This document shows positions 18,269 to 29,660 of a stretch of DNA of 64,000 nucleotides, one piece after another. Made by a program: the position numbers and the translations under genes. Location: assembly GCA_963707025.1 (NCBI GenBank), contig CAVPOM010000014.1, forward strand, positions 32,001 to 96,000, written 5' to 3'. The notes under the pieces were generated by a model. The model was not told where the DNA came from. It saw nothing but the letters and a program-made list of their open reading frames with translations, and did no database searches. Within the stretch, counting starts at the first letter, position 1. Each line of letters opens with the position of its first letter. This DNA is from an uncultured Verrucomicrobiae bacterium. Lineage in GTDB: Bacteria > Verrucomicrobiota > Verrucomicrobiia > Limisphaerales > Palsa-1400.

Positions 18269-21091
18269 ATGCCCCGTGAGAACTTCCACTCCGCCCGCCC
18301 CGGCCAAACCCGGCGGCAGTTCCTCAAAAAGACCGGGGCCGGCACGTTGGCAGTCGCCGGCGCAGGCATGTTCCAGCTTCCCTTTTCGACACAAGGTCAT
18401 CAAAGCGAACCGTCCATTGCTCTCGTCCTCGACCCCGCCGATTCCCTCACCCGGACCGCCCCGGTGCAATGGGCCGCCGGACAATTGCGCGATGCCCTCG
18501 CTGCCCGCGGTTTCCCCGTCCAGTCCTATTTGTCCTTGGACGCCGTTTCCTCCTGGCAAACCGCCATTCTCGTCGCCGGCCGGACCTTCCTCGCGGCCCG
18601 CCAGGTGCTCGACGCCGCGCGCATTTCCCTGGCCGACGCTCCCGAATGCCTGGCCCTGGCGCGCGGCAAAGCCCAAAACCACTCCGTCATTTTGGCCGCG
18701 GGCTCCGATGAGCGCGGCCTGGTCTATGCCCTGCTCGAATTGGCCGACCGCGTCAACTTTGCCGACAACCCGCGGCAAATGTTGCAAACCTCGCCGCCGG
18801 TCAGCGAGCGCCCCGCCAACCGCATTCGCGGCATCGCCCGCTCCTTCGTCAGCGATGTGGAGGACAAACCGTGGTTTCAGGACCGCGATTTCTGGCCGCC
18901 CTACCTCACCATGCTGGCGGCCCATCGCTTCAATCGTTTCAATCTCGCCCTGGGGATTGGTTACGATTTCACCACCGGCATCCGCGACTGCTATTTCCAT
19001 TTCGCCTATCCCTTTTTCCTGGCCGTGCCGGGCTACGACGTCCGCGCCATCCCCTCCCCGACGCCGAGCGCGACCGCAACCTGGAAATGCTCCGGTTCAT
19101 CAGCGACGAAACCGCGCGGCGCGGCCTCCACTTCCAATTGGGCCTTTGGACCCATGCTTACCAATGGACGCAAAGCCCCCACGCCAATTACCTCATCGAA
19201 GGACTCAGCCCCGGCCACCCACGCCCTCTATTGCCGCGACGCCCTGCGCGCGCTCCTCACCGCCTGCCCCGCCATCAGCGGCGTCACCTTCCGCATCCAC
19301 GGCGAAAGCGGCGTGCCGGAGGGCAAACTACGACCTTTGGAAAACCATTTTTGACGGCGCGGCGCAGTGCGGGCGCCGCGTGGAGATTGACATGCATGCC
19401 AAGGGCATGGACCAGGGGATGATTGACACGGCCCTGGGCACCGGCCTGCCCGTCAACATCTCGCCCAAATTCTGGGCCGAGCACATGGGCCTGCCCTACA
19501 TGCAGGGCGCCATCCGCCCGCAGGAAATGCCCCCGCCCAACGCCCCGCGCCACCGGCTCTTTCAGCTCAGTTCCGGCGCGCGCTCAGTTCCTCCGCTACG
19601 GCTACGGCGATTTGTTGACCGAAGACCGCCGCTTACGGCGTCCTGCACCGCATCTGGCCGGGCACGCAACGGCTGCTGCTCTGGGGCGATCCCCAGACCG
19701 CCGCCGCTTATGGCCGCGTGTCCGGCTTTTGCGGCAGCCGCGGTCGTCGAACTCTTCGAGCCGCTTTTCTTCAAAGGCCGCAAAGGCTCCGGCCTGCCCG
19801 GCGGACGCGACGCCTATGCCGACCTCACCCTGCGCGCCCCTGGCGGCGATTTTGAAAAATACCGTTACACCTGCCGCCTGTGGGGCCGCTGCCTTTACAA
19901 CCCGGACGGCGACCCCGAGGCCTGGCGCCGTTTGCTCCGCCATCAATTCGGCCACGGCGGGGAGAAAGTCGAACAATCTCTCGCCTCCGCCAGCCACATT
20001 CTGCCGCTGGTAACAACCGCCCATTGTCCCTCCGCCGCCAACAACAACTATTGGCCGGAGATTTATACCCACATGCCCCTGGTCAACGAAAACCGCCCCC
20101 ATCCTTACACGGACACGCCTTCCCCGCGCCGTCTCGGCACCGTCAGCCCGCTCGACCCGGAATTTTTCCTCGGCATAGACGAATTCGCCCAACAACTCCT
20201 CGCCTCGCTGGCCACGCCCAAGCCCGGCGAAAGCGGGTCCACCACCCGCCGTTCAGGAGAATACTCGCCCGCCTGGGTCGCGCAGCAACTCGATGAATTC
20301 GCCGCCAATGCCGCCGCCAATCTCCGCCAAGCCCAGTCAAAAGTCCCCGACTCGCGCGCCGCCGATTTCCGACGTCTTGCCGCGGACATAACACTTCAGG
20401 CCGGCCTGGCCGATTCTTCGCCGCAAAATTTCGTTCCGGCATGCTCCTGGCCCTCTACGTCTCCACCGGCCATCGCCCTGCTCTTAACGCAGCCATCAAA
20501 GCCAGCCGCGCCTCACGCGCCGTCTGGGCCGAACTGGCCCAACAGGCCAGGGAGGTTTACCGGTCCGACCTCACCTTCGGTTACGACAAAAATGTCCGCG
20601 GCCACTGGCTGGATCGTCTCCCCGCCCTGGACCAGGACATCACCGACATGGAAAAGCTCCTGGAAACTTACCCCTCGATGGTTTCGCCAGACCCAAAGAT
20701 AACGGAGAAAGCCATCCGCGAAATGTTGTCGCCACCGCCGCGCCCCGACGCCGCCCGTCTGGCAGGATTTCACACGCCGCCCAATTCCTTCACCCGCAGC
20801 CAACCCTTCGCCGTCATCGCCTCGCTTGCCAGCGTAAAGAAAGCGCCCAAACTCGGGCGCGTCCGCCTCCGCTACCGCCACGTCAACCAGGCCGAAACCT
20901 GGCAATTCATGGAAATGAGTGGCTCCGGCGCCAATTATCGCGCCGAAATTCCAGCCGCCTACGCCGATTCCCCGTACCCGCTCCAATACCATTTCGAGAT
21001 TTGCCCGCTCGCCGGCGCGCCTGAGCTTTATCCCGGCCTCCACCCCGGCTGGCAAGGCCAGCCCTACTTCGTCGTCCGCCAGACCGTCTAA
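18269..21091 (+). CDS. Tat-exported hypothetical protein, possibly a glycoside hydrolase; several frameshifts between 19050 and 20420
   Basis: TRRQFLK Tat motif; GSDERGLVYALLELAD; fragments in several frames join into one protein ending GQPYFVVRQTV. Confidence 0.65.
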
Positions 21092-21249
21092 CCACCGCAG
21101 ATGATATGAACACTCCGCCCAATGCACCACTACCAGCGGTTTCGCCGGCATCCAGAGCGAGGGGGCGACATGGAAATCCGTAAAATGACCCTCGAACCGC
21201 GCCCCGGCCCGCCCCGGGGGGAGCTGCCATGAACCCAACAACATTTCCC

Positions 21250-23133
21250 ATGAAAATCCTCAACATTGCAACTCCCGGATTCCTGTCATTTATAATTTAT
21301 AATTTATCATTCATAATTGCCCACGCCGCTCCGGTAAAAGCCGCCTTTGAAGGCGCCGCGACCGAATTCAAGTGGACGCTCCAGGAACTCAACCCCGATC
21401 TTCCCTCCGATTGGTCCGGCTACGAGTTCCTCACCCTGGAACTGCGCTCCTCCACCGCCCAGCGCTTCGAACTGCGCATCCTGGTCACCAACGGCCTGCG
21501 CCATGTTCGCTTGCAGCCTTTCCAGGGCGCCTGGATTCGCGCCGCCGTCCCGCTGGCCTATTTCCGCCGGCCCGACCGCCAGGGGTTCGATCTCGCCTCG
21601 CTCGGCAACAAATCCCGCGCCTCCTATTGGATCAACCTGCTGGGCTCCTATGGCCCACTCAACGCCGTCCAAGCCATCGGCCTGGCCATGCAAAACCCCA
21701 TCGGCTCGCCCGTCATCGAAATCCGCTCCGTCCGCCTGGACAAACAATCCCCCGGCGACGCCGTGCTCGAATCCAAGCCGCTGGTGGACCCATTCGGCCA
21801 ATGGATCGCGCAGGACTGGCCGGGCAAGGCCAAAAGCCTGGACGACCTCAAGTCCGCCTGGGGCGGGGAGGAAAAAGGGTTGCAGCCCGGCGATTTCAAT
21901 GCCGACCAATTTGGCGGTTTCAAAAGCACCCAGGCCAGGGCCACCGGCTTTTTCCGCGTCGAACAAATTGACGGCCACTGGTGGTTCGTGGACCCCGAAG
22001 GGCATTTGTTTTTCTCCACCGGGGCGGACGGCATGGGTCCCTGGATGGGCACCCGCACCGAGGGGCGCGCCGGCGTTTTCACCGCCCTGCCGCCGCCGGA
22101 TTTGCGCCCGCCCAGTTTTCGCGCCAACCAGTCCGGCATGATCTCCTTCTACACCTGGAACCTGCAGCGCCGGTTTGGCGCCGATTGGGCGCAACCGTGG
22201 GTGGACCTGACTTTGCGCCGCATGGACGCCTGGGGCCTTAACACCATCGCCAACTGGTCCGACCCGCGCCTGGCCGCCGCCAAACGCAAACCGTATGTGG
22301 CCACCCTGCGCGGTTGGGGCATCGAAACCGGCTACCTCGGCCTGCCGGACGTCTTCGCCCCCGATTTTGCGCAAAAGGTCAGCGCCGCCGCCACCGAACA
22401 ATGCGCGCCCCACAAGAACGATCCCTGGCTGCTCGGCTATTTCATCGCCAACGAACCGCCCTGGCCCGGGCGCGAAACCGAAATCGTCAGCGCCATCCTC
22501 GAAGCCCCCGCCAGCCCCATCCAGAGTGAAGTCAAGACGTTCCTCGCGGAGGGCGACACTCCGCCGCGCCGCCGCGAATTCGTCAATCGCGCCATCGAAA
22601 AATTTCTTGACACCGTCAACGCCGCCATCCGCCAGCAGGATCCAAATCATCTGAACCTGGGCATTCGCTTCGGCTCGACTCCAAGCGAAGCCATGCTGCG
22701 CGCCTCCCACGGCTTTGATGTTTTCAGCATGAACAGCTACGGCTACGAGGTGAACGCCCGGAACTTGGAAGCCGCTTATCGCGTCACCCAAAAGCCCGTC
22801 CTCATAGGCGAATTCCATTTCGGCACGCCGGGCCGCGGCCTGGCGGCCGGCCTGTTGCAGACCAGGGACCAGGAGGAGCGCGGCGTGGCCTACCGTTATT
22901 ACGTCGAAAATGCCGCGGCCATGCCCGCTCTCATCGGCGTGCATTGGTTCGAATGGGCCGACGAGCCGAACACCGGCCGCAATGACGGCGAGAATTACAA
23001 CATTGGCATGGTGGACGTGACGGACCGCCCCTACGCCGAATTAGTGGAGGCCATGAAAGCCACCCACCAACGCCTCCTGGCCGTTCATTCCGGCAAGGAG
23101 CCGCCCGTCACCCGGCGCGCGCTCGTAAAATGA
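21250..23133 (+). CDS. GH50/beta-agarase-like glycoside hydrolase
   Basis: GFFRVEQIDGHWWFVDPEG, WGLNTIANWSD, GYFIANEP, IGEFHFG, ENYNIGMVDVTDRPY. Confidence 0.8.
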   Translation: MKILNIATPGFLSFIIYNLSFIIAHAAPVKAAFEGAATEFKWTLQELNPDLPSDWSGYEFLTLELRSSTAQRFELRILVTNGLRHVRLQPFQGAWIRAAVPLAYFRRPDRQGFDLASLGNKSRASYWINLLGSYGPLNAVQAIGLAMQNPIGSPVIEIRSVRLDKQSPGDAVLESKPLVDPFGQWIAQDWPGKAKSLDDLKSAWGGEEKGLQPGDFNADQFGGFKSTQARATGFFRVEQIDGHWWFVDPEGHLFFSTGADGMGPWMGTRTEGRAGVFTALPPPDLRPPSFRANQSGMISFYTWNLQRRFGADWAQPWVDLTLRRMDAWGLNTIANWSDPRLAAAKRKPYVATLRGWGIETGYLGLPDVFAPDFAQKVSAAATEQCAPHKNDPWLLGYFIANEPPWPGRETEIVSAILEAPASPIQSEVKTFLAEGDTPPRRREFVNRAIEKFLDTVNAAIRQQDPNHLNLGIRFGSTPSEAMLRASHGFDVFSMNSYGYEVNARNLEAAYRVTQKPVLIGEFHFGTPGRGLAAGLLQTRDQEERGVAYRYYVENAAAMPALIGVHWFEWADEPNTGRNDGENYNIGMVDVTDRPYAELVEAMKATHQRLLAVHSGKEPPVTRRALVK

Positions 23134-23155
23134 ACCTGGGCATGACATTTCTCTT

Positions 23156-23201
23156 AGTCCGATCAGTCGGATCGGTCCGATCGGTCGGATCAGTCCGATC
23201 C
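23156..23201. repeat. 9-bp tandem repeat (gatcrgtcs) x5, intergenic
   Basis: agtccgatcagtcggatcggtccgatcggtcggatcagtccgatcc. Confidence 0.85.
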
Positions 23202-23238
23202 TTCATGCCGCCAGTCAACTAAAACCAGCACCCACCTC

Positions 23239-26200
23239 ATGAACACCCTCATGCTTTTGCCCGTTCCCGTAATGCGCGCCATCCTTCCATTTTGCCTTTT
23301 GCATTCTGCCTTTTGCATTTGCCGCGCCGATTCCTCCGTCACCGCCAGCGAGCAGGACCTCGTCATCCCCACCTACCTGGCCGGCGATCCGGAACCAAAT
23401 CCGGTGTTTTACTTCGGCCGCAACTCCCAGGGCGCGGAGGGCCGCGTCTATCCCTACCCCCTTTACGACTCGCTCACCCACGTCAAGACCAATAAAACCT
23501 ACCGCATCGTCTGGCTGGAAAACGAATACCTGCGCATCGGCATCCTGCCCGAAATCGGCGGGCGCCTCTTCGAGGCGGTGGACAAGAGCAACGGCTACAA
23601 CTTCATCTATCGCCAGCACGTCATCAAACCGGCCCTCATCGGCCTCATCGGCGCCTGGATGTCCGGCGGCATCGAGTGGAACATCCCCCATCACCATCGC
23701 GCCAGCACTTTCCTGCCCGTCCAGCACAGCATCGAGACCAACGCCGACGGCGGCCGCACCGTCTGGGTGGGCGAATTAGAACTGCGCCAGCGCATGCGCT
23801 GGGCCGTGGGCTACACCCTCCACCCCAGCAAATCCTACCTGGAATGTTCCGTGCGCATTCTAAACCGCACGCCTTTTCCAAACACCATGCTCTGCTTCGC
23901 CAACGTCGCCGTTAGCGTCAATAATAACTATCAGGTCATCTTCCCGCCCTCCACCCAGTACGTCACCTACCACGGCAAGCGCGAGTTCGCCTCCTGGCCC
24001 ATTGCCACGGGCTATTACAGCGGGGCCAACTTCGGCAGCGGCACCGATGTTAGTTGGTATTCCAACCATGTCTCCGCCAACTCCATGTTCGCCTGGAATT
24101 GCCAGGACGATTTCTTCGCCGGCTACGACCACGGCAAGCAGGCCGGCATCCTCAGCATCGCCGACCACCATTTTGTTCCCGGCAAAAAGTTTTGGACCTG
24201 GGGCAACGGCCCGCGCGGCCGCATGTGGGACAAAATCCTGACCGACGACGACGGCCCCTACATCGAACTGATGGCCGGGGCCTACTCCGACAACCAGCCC
24301 GATTACAGTTGGCTGCAACCTTACGAAACCAAGTCCTTCCAGATGTATTGGTATCCCTTCCGCGACATTGACGGCGTGAAAAACGCCAATCTCGACGCCG
24401 CTGTGAATATGGAAATAGACACCAACAACAACGTGGTCAAAGTCGGCTTCTGCACAACATCCGAGCACCATTCTGCGATGGCCACGATAAGATGCGGCCT
24501 CTACCCCAATTTGTCCCAGGAGAACATCTCGATCAGCCCCGGCAAACCCTATGTCAAACAAGTTGCTTTCCCGCCGCTCGCGAACATATACGACCTGCGT
24601 GCCTCCCTTTCCGTGGATGGCCATGAATTGATTTCCTATTCGCCCGTTCATTTGACACCAATGGAGATGCCCACTCCGGTCAGCCGGCCCGCCACCGCCC
24701 GCGGAAATCAAGACGGTGGAGGAACTTTATCTGGCCGGACAGCGCATCGAACAATTCCACGCGCCCGGCGCGTCGTCGCCGGAGCCGTATTGGGAGGAGG
24801 CCCTGCGCCGCGACCCCGGCGATGCCCGCGTCAACACCGCCCTCGGCATCCGCCAACTCAAGGAGGCCCGTTTCCTAGAGGCGGAGCAGCATTTCCGCAA
24901 AGCAATCGAACGCCTCTCAGCCAACTACACTTCGCCTAAAGACGGAGAACCGTTCTATTACCTCGGCGTCGCCTTAAAAGCGGAAGAACAATTGGATGCC
25001 GGCCCACACACCATCACTAATCAAGGCCCGCCAGAATATGTCTATATTCAGCGCAGCGATCCCATCAAAATCAAGGTCGCCGAAGACGCCTTTGCCAAGG
25101 CGACCTGGAGCGAGGCGTGGCGCGGCCCCGCCTATTTCTCCCTCGCCGAAATCGCCACCGCCCGCGGCGAATTAATCGCCGCGCTCGACAACTTAGACCG
25201 CTCCCTCGACGCCAACGCCTTGAACATCCGCGCTCTGACCCTCAAAGCCGCCGTTCTCCGTCATATCGGACGGACGCACGAAGCACTGGCCGTTCTAGAT
25301 CTCGCCGCGCAAAGGACCGATCCCCTTGATGTGCGCCTGATGACCGAACGCTGGCTGGCTGGCAATCTCCAAGCCGAGCATGATGTGATACAGACCCTTC
25401 GGGACCATCCTGCGACTGGTTTGGAAACCGCCGCCGAATTAGTGGACGCTGGATTGCGTGAGGATGCGCAGGCCATTCTGAAGCTGATGATTCGTTCGCC
25501 AGATGAGGGGAAACACGTATCACCATTGGCCTACTATTGGCTCATCCATTCACAATTCTCGCTCACTAACGCAATGGAGCTTCGCCAGTTTTCGCAGGCT
25601 TTGGCGGGCCAGTCGCCCGACTACGTGTTCCCTTTCCAATGGGAAAGCATTCCGGCTTTGCGCGCGGAAGTTGCGCAAGACGCGCACGCCTCCTATTACC
25701 TGGGCAATCTTTTATTTGACTGGCAGCCGGAGGAGGCGCTGAAATTGTGGGAGCAATCCGCCAAGCTCGCCCCCTCCTTCGCCATCGTCCATCGCAACAT
25801 CGCCACCGCCCTGATCCACCAGAAGCCGGCCGGCGACACCAACCGCGCCATCGCCGAACTGGAGCAGGCCGTCGCCTGCCCTGTCAAGTACGCGATGCAC
25901 TTCACCGAACTGGACGAGCTTTACGCCGCCACCGGCGCTTCCCCGGAAAAACGCCTCGCCTTGCTCGAACAAAACCACGCCACCGTCTTGAAACGCGACG
26001 ACGCCCTCTCGCGCGAAATCGGCCTGAAAGTTTTCGCCGGCAAATATGACGACGCCATTCAACTCATGACCGGCCGCACCTTCTCCGTCTGGGAAGGCGG
26101 CACGCTGGAGGTCGCCAGCCATTGGGTAACCGCCCATCTGGGGCGCGGACGCCAGGAGATTGCGGCGCGCCAATTCCCGGCCGCGCTGGCCGATTTTCAG

Positions 26201-26680
26201 GCCGCCAAAGACATCCCCGACAATCTCCCCAACGACGGCCGCGGCAGCGGCGGCCACGAGGCTGAACTCAATTATTGGATTGGCAACGCTTATGATGGGT
26301 TGGGCGACAAGGCCAAGGCCGCGCAGTCCTGGAAAGCCGTCCAGGCGGCGACCGCCTTCGGAGGAGTCGGTGGCGGACGCCGCGGACGCGGCGGTTCCTT
26401 GGACCGGGAGGCCGCCTCATATTATCAGGCCCTCGCCACAAAGGCTCTCGACCAGTCAGCCGACGCCTACGCCGACCGCGCCTTCCACACCTTGCTGGAC
26501 GCGGCCAACCGCGATCTTGCAGGCGCGTCAGCCCGGGAGGCCGCCTCGGCCCATTACGCCGCCGGCCTGGGCCACCTTGGCCTTGGCGAAAAGGAGCAGG
26601 CCCGCGCGGAATTCGAACTGGCCCTGCGCGCCGTTCCCGATTCTCTCGGGGCAAAAATGGAACTCATCCTGATGCGCTGA
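23239..26680 (+). CDS. DUF5107-domain plus TPR protein; frameshift near 24690
   Basis: IPTY...VYPYP...LENEYL...LPEIGGR...KPALIGLIGAWMSGGIEWN; GKKFWTWG; TPR-rich second half in 24716..26680. Confidence 0.85.
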
Positions 26681-26698
26681 TCAGTTGCAACAGGGATT

Positions 26699-26722
26699 GT
26701 AGCGGCGGACGATGTCCGCCGC
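26699..26722. repeat. GTAG-tagged REP-like hairpin or bidirectional terminator
   Basis: GTAG overlapping gcggcggac-gat-gtccgccgc, between convergent genes. Confidence 0.6.
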
Positions 26723-26742
26723 CAGATTAGTCAAGTATAAAA

Positions 26743-26898
26743 TCAGTGCGACAGGCAGCCGATTTTCGCCACCGCCAGCACAAAACCCACCAGGCCCAAA
26801 GCCAGCAGCCAGAAGCTGCCCTTGACCGCCAGGACCACGCCGGCGATCAGCAGCAGGGCCATCACCAGCCAGACAAACATTAAAAATAACAGCTTCAT
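26743..26898 (-). CDS. Small 51-aa two-helix membrane protein (not in ORF track)
   Basis: Hand translation MKLLFLMFVWLVMALLLIAGVVLAVKGSFWLLALGLVGFVLAVAKIGCLSH*, with host-like CTG/GTG codons. Confidence 0.7.
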   Translation of the reverse strand: MKLLFLMFVWLVMALLLIAGVVLAVKGSFWLLALGLVGFVLAVAKIGCLSH

Positions 26899-26931
26899 TC
26901 GCCGCGCAATCTAACCCGTCCCGGCGAATAA

Positions 26932-27159
26932 TCAAGTTCCCTTCTTCGCGGTGCCTTCTTTCTCGATCGCGACAATATGCAGACCGGAAACCGTCACGCT
27001 TCCTTCGTCATCGAACCAGATGAGGACCCGGTTGCCGAGCGGGTTGATTCCAGCGTGATCGGCCGTGGCCACACGGTAGCGACGGCCGCTGCTGGTAACC
27101 ACTTGAAACGGCTCGAACGGACTGGCATGCAAATACTGGCGCACTGCATCAATAATCAT
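26932..27159 (-). CDS. Small hypothetical protein (PFEPF...SSG..Y.V...H type)
   Basis: 75-aa ORF that fits the gene spacing and has a natural globular composition. Confidence 0.65.
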   Translation of the reverse strand: MIIDAVRQYLHASPFEPFQVVTSSGRRYRVATADHAGINPLGNRVLIWFDDEGSVTVSGLHIVAIEKEGTAKKGT

Positions 27160-27229
27160 ATCCGAAATAACTTACCCGGCATGCCTCATGCAGGCAAGCG
27201 GGTTTGCGTTCTCACCCGGCCCGCCCCGG

Positions 27230-28685
27230 TCAAATCTCCCAGCCTTTGCGATAGGAGCGTTTGACCCACTGATTGAGTTCGGGGATGTTGGTGACCTTCA
27301 TGTTGGGCCCGTCCCATTCCACCTTTTTCCCTTCGCCAACGTGCTGGGCCAGATTGCCCAGAATGCCGAACTCCGTCACCCGCGCGCCGTATTCAAAAGG
27401 CACGGCCGTGTCGGTCCGGCCCGCGCGGCAGGCTTCGACAAAGTTGGAGAAGACGGCGGGCGCGTCGCCGCGAAAACGGGGCAAGGTTTCGGGTGGCTTG
27501 GGAGTTTCCATTTTTCCGGAAGGCACGATGTGCATGTTGCTGCCGTAGGTGTCCGTATAAATGACGCCTTTTTCTCCGACGTAAAGGGTGCCGCTGTCTC
27601 CATTGTCCAGCTTTTCCTCCGGATACTGCTGGCGCAATTCGAGCAGCAGCGGCGGGAGGTTGCGCGCGTCGCCGCTGACGGCATGAAGTTGGCCGGAGGG
27701 ACTGGCGGTGGTGGTGGCGTTGAGGCCCTCGTACCAATAGACCTTCAACGGCCCCATGCCTTCGCGCGCCGGTATGTCCCAGCGAATGCGGCTGCCCAGG
27801 GGATAGCGTTCATCGCTGCCGCCCCGGTTGAACTCCACTTCGATGCTGGCGGGGTGCCCGATCTTGAGGGCCCAGAAAACGCCGTCCAAAACGTGGCAGG
27901 CCATGTTGCCGATGGAGCCATTGCCGAAATCGTACCAGCCGTGCCACTCGTGCGGATGCAGGTCGGCGTGGTAGTCGCGGTAAGGCGCCGGGCCAATCCA
28001 ACTCTCCCAAAGCATGCCCGGCGGGCGCGGCCACGTAGGGCGGACGCGGCCCGACGCCGCCGTTGGCGCGGTCGGTCCAACTGTGCGTTTCGGTGACCTG
28101 GCCGATGGCGCCGCTCCAGATCAATTCGCAGAGGGAGCGATAGCCATCCATGCAATGCCCCTGGCTGCCCATTTGCGTGGCGACCGTGCTGTATTTGCGC
28201 GCCGCTTCGCGCAAGAGGCGGGCTTCGCCGATGTCATGGCAGACCGGTTTTTCGCAGTAAACATTTTTTCCGGCCTGCATGGCCATCATGGCGACTTTGG
28301 CGTGGTGATGATTGGGCGTGGCGACAAACACCGCGTCAATATTTTTCCCAATCTTGTCAAACATCACGCGGTAATCGGTGAACACCTGGAGTTTGTCCGG
28401 GTCGCCGTTGTGATTTTTCAGCCAGTTTTTGACGCTGGCGTGTTGTCTCGGATCCGGGTCAACGATGGCGTAAAGGTTCTGGCCGAGCTTGTCAATCACT
28501 GCGTCCAAGTGAGCCGCTCTGCGAATGCCGCAGCCGACCTGGACGCAGTTGAGCTTGTCCAGCGCGCCGGTGGCCGCGAGAAGATTCGGGCCGGAAAATA
28601 ATTTGGCGGTGGACAAGGCCCCGGTGGCCAGCGCGGCGCGCCTGAGGAAGGAACGGCGGTTCAAACCGGATTTGATGGAGCTCAT
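27230..28685 (-). CDS. Tat-exported Gfo/Idh/MocA oxidoreductase; frameshift near 28020
   Basis: NRRSFL Tat motif, IDAVFVATPNHHH, NVYCEKP, then WIGPAP...W.GWYDFGNGSIGNMACH. Confidence 0.9.
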
Positions 28686-28694
28686 GGCTTTTGC

Positions 28695-29417
28695 TTAATC
28701 CAAGGGTGTGACTTTGAGGTTGCGGAAGGCCACCGACCCATGGTCGCCTTGCAGATAGATCGGGCCGGTCGGATGTTCCTTGGCGTTGCGGCTCACGTTG
28801 GTGCCGTGGGCGATTTCCACATTGTCCTGCACGACCCGCCTGTTGAGCGTCACCTTGACAAATTTGGTGTTGGCCGTTTTGTTGCCGGCCGCGTCGAAGC
28901 GCGGCGCGCGGAAATCAATCACCAGCTTCTGCCATTCGCCGGGCTTCTTGCAGGCATTGAGCAAGGGCGCGGTCTCGCTGTAAACGGCGCCACAGTCAAT
29001 CTTGCTGAGCTTCTCTCTCTTGCCGTAATTGTCGAAGATCTGGATTTCGTAAATGTTCATCATCTTGACACCGGAATTGGAGTCGGTCTCGTTGTTGGGG
29101 CTGGATTGGCCCACCATGAACTCCACTTCCACACGGCAATCGCCGAAAACGGCCTCAGAGGAGAGATTGACCGTGCGGTTGGTGCTGATCAGGTCCTTGC
29201 CAGGGCCGGCGACTTTCACCCGGGCCGGGGCATCCGTATCCCAGGCGGCCCTGCCGTAGGACCATTTGTTGGCGCCGCTGCCGACCGTTTTCCAACCGGT
29301 CAGGTCTTTGCCGTTGATGAGGGAGATTGTCTTTGGGTTGCCCGTCTGACAGCCAATCGGGCCGGCGGCCACCAAGACGAGGCAGGCGGCGAAGACGGTT
29401 CGAGGATGGCATTTCAT
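28695..29417 (-). CDS. DUF1080 (3-keto-disaccharide hydrolase family) protein
   Basis: LINGKDLTGW, NSGV, YEIQIFD, KPGEWQ, GPIYLQGDHGSVAFRNLKV. Confidence 0.9.
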   Translation of the reverse strand: MKCHPRTVFAACLVLVAAGPIGCQTGNPKTISLINGKDLTGWKTVGSGANKWSYGRAAWDTDAPARVKVAGPGKDLISTNRTVNLSSEAVFGDCRVEVEFMVGQSSPNNETDSNSGVKMMNIYEIQIFDNYGKREKLSKIDCGAVYSETAPLLNACKKPGEWQKLVIDFRAPRFDAAGNKTANTKFVKVTLNRRVVQDNVEIAHGTNVSRNAKEHPTGPIYLQGDHGSVAFRNLKVTPLD

Positions 29418-29568
29418 CGCAGGGACAATACGGGCGGAGGTTTGCGGCGTCAACGCCGAAACCTTTCCGGCAGTGTCCTGATATGCCGCGGGATTGAGCC
29501 TGCGGCGAAATCGGCGCACCGCGCCGGCACGCCACCATCAAATCAGAAATGTCGCACAGCGGTGGCGC

Positions 29569-29596
29569 GGCGGGTCCCGATATTCCGGGACCCGCC
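29569..29596. repeat. Perfect 11-bp GC-rich hairpin in a divergent intergenic region
   Basis: ggcgggtcccg-atattc-cgggacccgcc. Confidence 0.6.
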
Positions 29597-29660
29597 CTGC
29601 CCGCGTTGACCAGGGCCAAAAGAGATTGCGGCCCCGCGGCCAAGGGAGTAAGAGAAGGCC

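Noticed and set aside
26681..26935. 84-aa ORF from the track
   Set aside because: The 51-aa hydrophobic ORF in another frame has better codon use and composition.
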